From assembly GCA_963764035.1 (NCBI GenBank), contig CAVXQV010000004.1:157340-221339 (forward strand): a stretch of DNA of 64,000 nt. Direction: 5' to 3'. The notes under the pieces are model-generated. The model saw nothing but the letters and a program-made list of their open reading frames with translations, was not told where the DNA came from and did no database searches. Shown piece after piece: positions 33,489 through 40,660 of the stretch. A program made the position numbers and the translations under genes. How positions within the stretch are numbered: position 1 is the stretch's first letter; each line of letters begins with the position of its first letter. The stretch is from an uncultured Verrucomicrobiae bacterium. Lineage in GTDB: Bacteria > Verrucomicrobiota > Verrucomicrobiia > Limisphaerales > UBA11358.

Positions 33489-33522
33489 TTCAATTGTTTT
33501 CGCGTATTTCGCGGTTCTTATT

Positions 33523-34014
33523 TTATTTCCTTTCATGCGGATTTTCCCCGCGCAAATGCGCCAGTCCTTCGACAATCGCCGGTGTCAAAATTTCCAGGCA
33601 TTCGCGCACCGCCGACGGTTTGCCGGGCAAATTGATGATCAACGTTGCCCCGCGCGTTCCGGCCACCGCCCGCGACAGGACCGCCGTCTTCACCCTGGCG
33701 AACGACTGCATCCGCATGATTTCACCGAATCCGGGCAATTCCTTTTCCAGCACGGCGCGCGTTGCCTCCGGGGTGACATCCCGCGGTGAAATGCCCGTGC
33801 CTCCCGTCGTCACAACCATATCGCATTTCAGGTCATCGGCAAATTTTTTCAGCGCGGCGGAAATCTGTTCCACCTCGTCCGGCACAATGAACGGTTCAAA
33901 TTTGGCGTCGCTGCCAAGATATTCGCGCAGGACGCTTTCAATCTCCGGCCCGCTGCGGTCGGCGTAAATCCCCGCCGACGCCCGGTCGCTGATGGTGAGC
34001 CGTCCGATTTTCAT
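33523..34014 (-). CDS. mogA: Molybdopterin adenylyltransferase MogA (MoaB/MogA family)
   Basis: MKIGRLTISDRASAGIYADRSGP..., VVTTGGTGISPRDVTPEAT, PGFGEIMRMQSF...TAVLSRAVAG. A close match to the E. coli MogA pattern. Confidence 0.9.
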   Translation of the reverse strand: MKIGRLTISDRASAGIYADRSGPEIESVLREYLGSDAKFEPFIVPDEVEQISAALKKFADDLKCDMVVTTGGTGISPRDVTPEATRAVLEKELPGFGEIMRMQSFARVKTAVLSRAVAGTRGATLIINLPGKPSAVRECLEILTPAIVEGLAHLRGENPHERK

Positions 34015-34052
34015 GAGGCAGCTGCTCCGGTTAATATATTCGTCTCGTTCTC

Positions 34053-34088
34053 CCTCGCCCTGACCCTCTCCCGCTGGGAGAGGGAAAA
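34053..34088. repeat. GGAGAGGG hairpin repeat (mogA-moaC spacer, copy 1)
   Basis: Perfect 9-bp stem CCCTCTCCC (34064-34072) / GGGAGAGGG (34076-34084) with a 3-nt loop. Confidence 0.8.
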
Positions 34089-34165
34089 GCTGGCGAAGCT
34101 TTTGAGGATTCTCAACCCACGTCCGGCAAATCCGGGCGCGCGATTTTTCGTGGGACTGAAAGCCT

Positions 34166-34220
34166 TTCTCCCTCTCCGCTCCCGCAGCGGGAGGGGAGAG
34201 GGCCGGCGTGAGGTGAGGGC
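34166..34220. repeat. GGAGAGGG hairpin repeat with GGTGAGG tail (mogA-moaC spacer, copy 2)
   Basis: CTCCCTCTCCGCTCCCGCAGCGGGAGGGGAGAGGGCCGGCGTGAGGTGAGGGCGG. Confidence 0.8.
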
Positions 34221-34240
34221 GGTTGATGATTTCTGGCCAA

Positions 34241-34696
34241 TCATTCTTTCACCTTCTCGATCACTCGGATGCCTTCGATCCGCATTTTTTTGTCCACCGC
34301 CTTGCACATGTCGTAAAGCGTGAGCGCCGCCACGCTCACACCGGTGAGCGCCTCCATTTCGACGCCAGTCTGCGCGCTGGTTTCGGCGGTGCAAACGATT
34401 TCAATCGCCGCCGACCGCACCCGGAAACTGATTTCAACATGATTCAACGGCAGCGGATGGCAAAGCGGAATCAATTCCGCCGTCCGCTTTGCCGCCTGAA
34501 TGCCGGCGATTTGCGCCACGGTCAACACGTCGCCCTTCGGCAGTGCGTTCTTCTTGAGCGCGCGAATCGTGGCCGGCGCGCAGACCAATTTGCCTTCCGC
34601 CACCGCGCGCCGGCGTTGCACCGGCTTGTGGCCAACGTTGACCATGCGCGCCTCACCAGCCGCGTTCAGGTGCGAAAATGTTTTCTTCCGTGTCAT
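34241..34696 (-). CDS. moaC: Cyclic pyranopterin monophosphate synthase MoaC
   Basis: VNVGHKPVQRRRAVAEG..., IAGIQAAKRTAELIPLCHPLPL, MEALTGVSVAALTLYDMCKA. I prefer the start at MTRKK (34696) because the upstream MNHETHE codons fall in a repeat motif. Confidence 0.92.
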   Translation of the reverse strand: MTRKKTFSHLNAAGEARMVNVGHKPVQRRRAVAEGKLVCAPATIRALKKNALPKGDVLTVAQIAGIQAAKRTAELIPLCHPLPLNHVEISFRVRSAAIEIVCTAETSAQTGVEMEALTGVSVAALTLYDMCKAVDKKMRIEGIRVIEKVKE

Positions 34697-34713
34697 TTCG
34701 TGTGTTTCGTGGT

Positions 34714-36414
34714 TCAAAAATCCGTGGTCCAGAAATCAACTTCCATGCCGGCTTCAATCGAGCCGTGATTCGCCGGCACGCGAATGAGCGCGTTCGTATT
34801 TGCCAGACAGGTCACGTCGCCGGAACTCGCCCATTTCAGCGGCGTCAAAGCAGGACAGGCGTCGCGCCTGTCTCTGATTCTCTGTTCCGCTTGAGCGGGA
34901 GATTTAATTGGAGACAGGCGCGACGCCTGTCCTGCGTTGAGCCGCGCGGGCCAGAGCGTTTCGCGGGGATTCGGCGCGTCGTCCAACTTCGCCGCCAGTC
35001 GTCCGCGCAGAAATTGCTTCGGTTCCACGCCGACGAGTTTCGCCAGCGCAGTGGCGACAAACAAATGAAAACAGACGAAATGCGACAGCGGGTTGCCCGG
35101 CAATCCGAATGCAATGCGATTTCCGTTCACGCCGAAAATCAAAGGCCGGCCCGGGCGGACATTGATTTGGCCGAAAACAATTTCAAAGCCGAGCCATTCC
35201 AGCAGCGGCCGGGTAAAATCCTTATCGCCCACGCTGGCGCCGCCGGAAACGAGCAATAGGTCGAAGGCTGAAGGCTGAAGGCTGAAGGCTGAAATCAAGC
35301 GTTTGGCCTGCTCGAAATTTTCCGGCAAATGGTGATGCGTCTGTTCACACGGAAAACGTTGGAGCAAACCGCGAATCAAGAATGAATTGCTGTCGCGGAT
35401 TTGGCCGGGCCTCGGCTTCTGGTCCGGCGGAATGATTTCATCGCCGGTTGTGAAATGGACCACGCGCAAACGCGGGCTGACGAGCGGGTTGGCATTTCCC
35501 GCCGTCGCCAGCAACGTCAGCGCGCCGGCGTCCAGTCTTGCGCCGGCTTCCAGCAACGTTTCTCCCGCGGGCAAATCTTCGCCGCGAACGCTGACATTTC
35601 GCCCGGTTTCGCGCGTCACGATGCGGATTTGGTCGCCGGTGCGCCCGACATTTTCCTGCATGACGACGCGCAGATCTTCGCACGGCAGCGACGCGCCGGT
35701 TGCCACGCGCACGGCTTCCCCGGTTTTCAATTGGCGCGGTCTCCAGTCGGCGGCGTGAAGCGTGTCCACGACTTGGAATTGCTCGGAGGTGTCGTCCTCT
35801 AAAATTGCGTAGCCGTCGCGAGTTGACCGGTCGAAGGGCGGCATGTCTTCCGGCGCATTGACGATTTCGCGCAGCACGCGGCCGAAGGCTTCGGCCAGCG
35901 GCACGCGCACGGCGGGCAACGGCTGGCAGCGCGATTGGATTTCGGAGAGCGCCTCGTCGAGCGAAAGGAGCGTCGAACTCCGATTCGGCTCGCTGCAATT
36001 TTTCTGATTCGCGCCGAATCGGAGTCCGGCGCTCCGGCCGCCGCGTTTCCAAATCGGCACGTCCTGCTTGAGCCGGTCCATGAATTCGGCGAGCAGCGCG
36101 ATGGCTTCAGCGCGATGCGCCGAGGCGACACCGACGTAAATCGCCGTGTCACCGACCGGAATGTCGCCGACGCGGTGAACCACTTTCGCCGCGAGACAGG
36201 GATGCCGCGTGGCAATTTCCTGAAGCAGCCGGCGGATTTCCCGTTCAGCCATTTCGGGATAGGCTTCATATTCGAGAGCGGAAATGGCCTGCCCATTTTC
36301 CTCGCCGCGGACGACGCCGCGAAATTCCAGCCAGGCGCCTGTGGACGTTGAAGCGTCCGTTGGCAGAATCTTTTCCGCAATCGGCTCGTTCGTGAGTTGG
36401 AATTCAATTTCCAT
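34714..36414 (-). CDS. moeA: MoaE (molybdopterin synthase catalytic subunit) fused to MoeA (molybdopterin molybdenumtransferase)
   Basis: Residues 1-125 are MoaE-like (WLEFRGVVRGEENG...YEAYPEMAEREI...AIYVGVASAHRAEA...DVPIWKR). The remainder is MoeA (LLSLDEALSEI..., MPPFDRSTRDGYA, LLLVSGGASVGDKDF, QINVRPGRPLIFG). The result is one 566-aa open frame with no in-frame start codon at the junction. Confidence 0.85.
   Translation of the reverse strand: MEIEFQLTNEPIAEKILPTDASTSTGAWLEFRGVVRGEENGQAISALEYEAYPEMAEREIRRLLQEIATRHPCLAAKVVHRVGDIPVGDTAIYVGVASAHRAEAIALLAEFMDRLKQDVPIWKRGGRSAGLRFGANQKNCSEPNRSSTLLSLDEALSEIQSRCQPLPAVRVPLAEAFGRVLREIVNAPEDMPPFDRSTRDGYAILEDDTSEQFQVVDTLHAADWRPRQLKTGEAVRVATGASLPCEDLRVVMQENVGRTGDQIRIVTRETGRNVSVRGEDLPAGETLLEAGARLDAGALTLLATAGNANPLVSPRLRVVHFTTGDEIIPPDQKPRPGQIRDSNSFLIRGLLQRFPCEQTHHHLPENFEQAKRLISAFSLQPSAFDLLLVSGGASVGDKDFTRPLLEWLGFEIVFGQINVRPGRPLIFGVNGNRIAFGLPGNPLSHFVCFHLFVATALAKLVGVEPKQFLRGRLAAKLDDAPNPRETLWPARLNAGQASRLSPIKSPAQAEQRIRDRRDACPALTPLKWASSGDVTCLANTNALIRVPANHGSIEAGMEVDFWTTDF
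34851..34934. repeat. 84-bp palindromic element inserted in frame inside moeA
   Basis: Arms CAGGACAGGCGTCGCGCCTGTCTC (34851-34874) and GAGACAGGCGCGACGCCTGTCCTG (34911-34934). Translated as a 28-aa insert (..GQASRLSPIKSPAQAEQRIRDRRDACPA..) in MoeA domain IV. A sibling lies at 57854-57940. Confidence 0.85.
35263..35290. repeat. (GAAGGCT)x4 heptanucleotide microsatellite inside moeA
   Basis: Four perfect tandem GAAGGCT units are translated as SAFSLQPSAF. Two further units occur in non-coding DNA at ~30076-30089. Confidence 0.85.
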
Positions 36415-36426
36415 AGCGCAAATCTC

Positions 36427-36666
36427 CTAACCGCCGGACACGGGTGGGATCAAGGCGACTTCGTCCGTGTCCGCGAATTGCGCGTCTGGCGCGGCGTATT
36501 CCCAATTCTTCGCCAGCCGCACGTTGGCGCGATGCGCGGCCAGCTTTGGAAACTGCTTCAACAGTTCCGACCAAAGCCGTCCCACATCCAGCGGCGAGGC
36601 TGGCGCGAGTTCGACCGAATCGCAGCCGGTCACATCCTTGAGTTGGGCAAAAAACAAAACGCGCAT
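36427..36666 (-). CDS. moaD: Molybdopterin synthase sulfur-carrier subunit MoaD
   Basis: 79-aa ubiquitin-like ThiS/MoaD protein ending ...VALIPPVSGG, with the diagnostic C-terminal GG. Lies 12 nt upstream of moaE-moeA. Confidence 0.88.
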   Translation of the reverse strand: MRVLFFAQLKDVTGCDSVELAPASPLDVGRLWSELLKQFPKLAAHRANVRLAKNWEYAAPDAQFADTDEVALIPPVSGG

Positions 36667-36721
36667 CTTTAAATATATGACGAACCAAGCGTTGCCGTTG
36701 AGACAAACATTTTCCCAAGGA

Positions 36722-37483
36722 TCAGCTCATCGCTTCAATCAACAATTTTCCGCCGGAAAAAATCAGGATGCCCGCCAGCACGCGGCTGAAAATGACGCTG
36801 CTCCAGCGCCGCGCGCCGAAATGCGTGCCGAGCAGCGCGCCGGTGACGGCGGGCAACGTCAGCCAGAGCAGGGGACCGGCGTGGGTGATTTTCTCCCAGC
36901 CGGTGCCGACGAGTCCGGCGAGAGAATTGAGCACGATGAATCCCGCCGCAATGCCGCCGGTGGTTTTCGGTTTCACCCAGCGGAATACATAAAGAATCGG
37001 GCTTAGGAAAACGCCGCCGCCGATGCCGGTCAGGCCCGCCAGAAATCCGAGCACCGCGCCGATGAGCAGGGCGAGCGGCAGAAAAAATTGTTGGATCGGC
37101 ACGTCGTCCGTCTGCCAACGCGCGCGAAACAGCAGAGTCACGCCGGCGGCAGCCAGGACCCCTCCCAGAATAGTTTCATAAACCTCCTTGCTGATATGAA
37201 CCCGGCTGCCGAGCCACGCGCACGGCATGGAAATGACAACGAACGAAAGCAGCACCCGCCAGTCAAAGTGTCCGGCACGCCAGAACTGCCACCACGCGAT
37301 GCCCGCCACGAGAATGTTTGCGATCAAGACGGCCACGCGCGCGGACACGGGCGCGATACCCAGCAACGCGAGCGCGGCGAGGTAGCCGGTCGCGCCGCCG
37401 TGGCCGACGGATGAATAAAAGAACGCCACCGCGAAAACTGCGGCCAGCAAAATAATCCAGTTGAGCGCGGTCAGGTCGTGCAT
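36722..37483 (-). CDS. TauE/SafE-family (DUF81) anion exporter
   Basis: 253-aa polytopic membrane protein with internal duplication: SSVGHGGATGYLAALALLG and LTGIGGGVFLSPIL. Confidence 0.85.
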   Translation of the reverse strand: MHDLTALNWIILLAAVFAVAFFYSSVGHGGATGYLAALALLGIAPVSARVAVLIANILVAGIAWWQFWRAGHFDWRVLLSFVVISMPCAWLGSRVHISKEVYETILGGVLAAAGVTLLFRARWQTDDVPIQQFFLPLALLIGAVLGFLAGLTGIGGGVFLSPILYVFRWVKPKTTGGIAAGFIVLNSLAGLVGTGWEKITHAGPLLWLTLPAVTGALLGTHFGARRWSSVIFSRVLAGILIFSGGKLLIEAMS

Positions 37484-37501
37484 GAACGGCGGGAGTTTGG
37501 A

Positions 37502-38407
37502 CTATTGCACCTGGAGAATAAAGAATTGCGGCATGGATGCGGCGGCGTTGGTGGCGGTGACGGTAAAGTTCCCGTTGGCGGTCAAAACATTGGTTGCCAC
37601 GGGAGCCCATTGGTGTAACGGCAGAGCGGCATTGGTGCTGCCAAGAATGCAGCAGGTCACGCCCGCTCCGCCGTTCGTGGCCGAAATGGCCACGTTGTTT
37701 CCGGATAAGTTGACGGCGGTGATGCCAGGCGTGGGTGCGGCGGAGATTTCCAGAAACGGCCGGGCCGAGGCGGTCCCAAAAGTGCGCGAGTTAAAGGTGA
37801 AACCGGTTTGTGAAGCCGTGGCCGTGAGGAACAGCGTGACTTCGCCGCCCGCCCGCGCATCGCTGGTGAGAACCGCAGGCAGCGCCAGCGGGAAAAGCAA
37901 CGTCACGCTGGCGGCAGTATTGGTAAACATGCCGAGACCAGCGGTATTGGTCAACAACGTCGGCTCGTTGGTATAAACGATGCCGTCGGTCGTTGGCGAA
38001 TTGGGAGTGCCGGAGCCTTCGATCCAGTAGTCGTCGGCCACCCAGTAGAGGCCAAACGCACCTTTGCCTTGGTCGAAGATGTTGTTGTTGGGCGTGCCGA
38101 CTTCCGTGACTTGCAGCCTGGCGCCGGTGATGCTCCAGTTGTTGGTGCCGAAGAGCGTGTTGAAATTGGCCACCATCGAAGCCGTGTTGAAGCGGATGAA
38201 CGTGTCCGCGATGCCGTTGGTCAGGCCCGAAAGCGTGTTGGTCGAGGTGGAGCCAGAAACGGACAGCGCGCCCGCGCCGCCGTAATTTTCCATCGGCGCA
38301 TTGGACCGGACCAACGCATCGGCGTCCACGCTGTTGGTGAAATATACAATCCCCCGCGCGGAGGCGGCGAAGACGATGCAGGACAGGAACGGGAGAAGGT
38401 ATTTCAT
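37502..38407 (-). CDS. Secreted hypothetical protein with C-terminal tail domain
   Basis: Signal peptide MKYLLPFLSCIVFAASARG and a beta-rich body. The tail NNVAISATNGGAGVTCCILGSTNAALPLHQW...MPQFFILQVQ resembles the tails at 5020-5217 and 7960-8164. Confidence 0.7.
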   Translation of the reverse strand: MKYLLPFLSCIVFAASARGIVYFTNSVDADALVRSNAPMENYGGAGALSVSGSTSTNTLSGLTNGIADTFIRFNTASMVANFNTLFGTNNWSITGARLQVTEVGTPNNNIFDQGKGAFGLYWVADDYWIEGSGTPNSPTTDGIVYTNEPTLLTNTAGLGMFTNTAASVTLLFPLALPAVLTSDARAGGEVTLFLTATASQTGFTFNSRTFGTASARPFLEISAAPTPGITAVNLSGNNVAISATNGGAGVTCCILGSTNAALPLHQWAPVATNVLTANGNFTVTATNAAASMPQFFILQVQ

Positions 38408-38427
38408 GAGATGAATCGGGTGGAGGG

Positions 38428-39277
38428 TCACGGATTGGCGGCGGGGATGGGGAAAAAGAGCGGGCCGGGACCATTGGTCTGCGCGCCGAATTCGAGCAGG
38501 AAATTCTGCACTTTGGCGGACAGCAGAAAGTCGGACAACGCCCTGGCGCCGGCAGAATTCACGCCGGGAAATTTCTTCGGATTGGTTTCCATGACGATGA
38601 ACGGACGCCGCATGACCGGATCGCCTTGGACCAGGATTTCCATTCCTTGCGCCGGCATCTTGCCCATCTGTGCGGGAATATAGCCGACCACGACGTAGGC
38701 ATCGTTGCTGCGGGCAAATTGCAGGATGTTGAACTTGGAGACCGTGTCGTCCTTGAGCACCCAGTCGCCTTTTGGCTCCAAGTCCGCCAGCCGCCAGAGG
38801 GTATGAACCAACTCGCGGCTGCCGATGCCTTCAAAATCCACAAAGTGCGCCTTGGCCCCGGCAATCTTGCGCAAGCGCGGCGGCGCCATTGGTCATGCCG
38901 CGAACATGGGCCGGGTCGTCCGGCGGGCCGACGATGCAAAGTTCATTGCGCGTCCAGGGTCGCATGTTGATGCCGTAACCGTCGGCGACGAGGTCGGTCG
39001 TGATGTCGCCGGAGTGCATGGTCAGCAGGTCCACCTTGCCGGCGCGCATCGCGGTGTCGAGGATCGGCCGCGGGCCGGTGGCCACAACTTCAATTTGATA
39101 GCCGGTGTCCGCCTCGAACATTTTGGCAATCTCCGGCCACAGACCGGTCATGGTCATGCCGCCGATGACGGCGCAGCGAATAGCATGATTGTCAGCGGGC
39201 GCTTCAACCTTCCGGCTGCATGAGACCGCGAACAGCAATGAAATCAAGACCGAACAGATTTGGATTTTACTTTTCAT
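38428..39277 (-). pseudogene. TupA-like periplasmic oxyanion (tungstate/molybdate)-binding protein, one frame interruption
   Basis: ORF 38831..39277 has the lipoprotein-like start MKSKIQICSVLISLLFAVSC and then ...KVDLLTMHSGDITTDLVADGYGINMRPWTRNELCIVGPPDDPAHV. ORF 38428..38889 continues LRKIAGAKAHFVDFEGIGS.... The frames join near 38880. Confidence 0.7.
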
Positions 39278-39295
39278 GGATTCTTCCCAGGTTCG

Positions 39296-40032
39296 TCAAT
39301 AATGGTCACTGGCGTCGCTGGCCGTGCCGGTGAGCCAGCGGACGTCGTCCAGTTTGGGATCGCCCACGCCGCAACCGACATAAGCGCCGGCATAAGCCTG
39401 TGCCTGACCGCCCACGAACAGCAGATTCACCATGCCGGCATGGCGCGCAACGACGCTGTAAGGCTGCGAGGGACGGATAGGTGGACGCGTATTGGCCCGG
39501 CGCATCAGCCATCGCCACGACTGACGCGGGCTGGACCACCTGGCTGAACTTTGGTGGCGACCGGCAGGTTCCACGGGCAAAGATTCATGTTCATCCCGTA
39601 AGGCAGGAAATACGTGCCGCCCGGATTCGCCGCAGCCGGGCAAATGAACACGGATTGGGTGTGCGCGGCGGGCTGCGTGTTGTTTGTGACCATCAATTGA
39701 AAGGAGGATTGGCCGAAATAACGTGGCAGGCAGTTGAACCAGTCTTCCGGCCGGTCAATTTGCGCCAACACCTGCACGCCCTGGCCGCGGCGCGGAAGAA
39801 AGTCATCATTATCGCTGGCATACATCTGGTAGGCCAGCCCCCACTGATGCAGATTGCCGGCGCATTGGGTGGAGCGCGCCTTTACCCCGGCGCTGGCCAG
39901 CGCTGGCAGGAGCAACGCCGCCAGGATGGCGACGATGCCAATGACCACCAGCAGTTCGATGAGCGTGAAACCATCTCTCCTCACGCGCCAGAAATAAGCA
40001 CAGCCGTTATATTTTGTCAAATATAACGGCAC
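39296..40032 (-). pseudogene. Prepilin-type N-terminal cleavage/methylation protein (H-X9-DG / DUF1559-like), frame interrupted
   Basis: [29 protein letters not shown] in ORF 39505..40032. The C-terminal ARHAGMVNLLFVGGQAQAY block is in ORF 39296..39643. One or two indels lie around 39530-39640. Confidence 0.75.
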
Positions 40033-40068
40033 AAACCCCGGGCATGAGCCGGAACCGCTGGTTTCAAT

Positions 40069-40440
40069 TCAGCCGCGGAGGAGTTTCTGAAACGCCCGCC
40101 AGTCGGGCTGGACGCTTTCCAAGCCGAGATCCTCCATCCGCCGATAAAGCTTCAGCACGCGCCGGCCGGTTTCTGTCAACTCCGCGCCACCCCCGCCTTC
40201 GCCGCCGTGCGTGGCGGCGACGAGCGGGTGTTTGAAGCAGCGGTTCATGGTCTGGACCAGCGACCACGCCCGCATATAGGACATTTTCATGCGCGACGCG
40301 GCCTTGCCGATGGAGCCGGTTTGGCCGATGAGTTCCAGCAGGTCCGCCTTGCCCGGACCGAAGGCAATTTCCTTCCCGGATTCGATGCGGAACCGCGGAT
40401 GCACGGTGGGCGAAGAGGTTGAACTGGTTTTTCTTTTCAT
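40069..40440 (-). CDS. ModE-N-terminal-like winged-helix regulator (no Mop domains)
   Basis: FGPGKADLLELIGQTGSIGKAASRMKMSYMRAWSLVQTMNRCF...GGAELTETGRRVLKLYRRME matches the ModE/LysR-type N-terminal HTH domain. I prefer ATG 40440. Confidence 0.75.
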   Translation of the reverse strand: MKRKTSSTSSPTVHPRFRIESGKEIAFGPGKADLLELIGQTGSIGKAASRMKMSYMRAWSLVQTMNRCFKHPLVAATHGGEGGGGAELTETGRRVLKLYRRMEDLGLESVQPDWRAFQKLLRG

Positions 40441-40660
40441 AGCGAGGCCGGCGGTGTCATTTGGAGCGGCTGGTTCACGCGGCAAAGATAATTTTTATTT
40501 TCACCGGAGGCAATTGCCGTTGCAACCGGAAGAAAGCCATGTGGTCAAGCAACCGCACTTTGTCCGTCCGCAAAATCGGGCAAGTTTTTGCTTCACGGTG
40601 GTATTTTTCCGCGTGCGGAGGTATGCTTCCAGCGTGCAGTGCCGAATATTTCCATTGCCG

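Noticed and set aside
33382-33522. Calling a Moco riboswitch upstream of moaA
   Set aside because: The position is right, but I cannot match the conserved Moco-motif junction sequences from memory. It is reported only as a hairpin/terminator candidate to be tested with Rfam RF01055.
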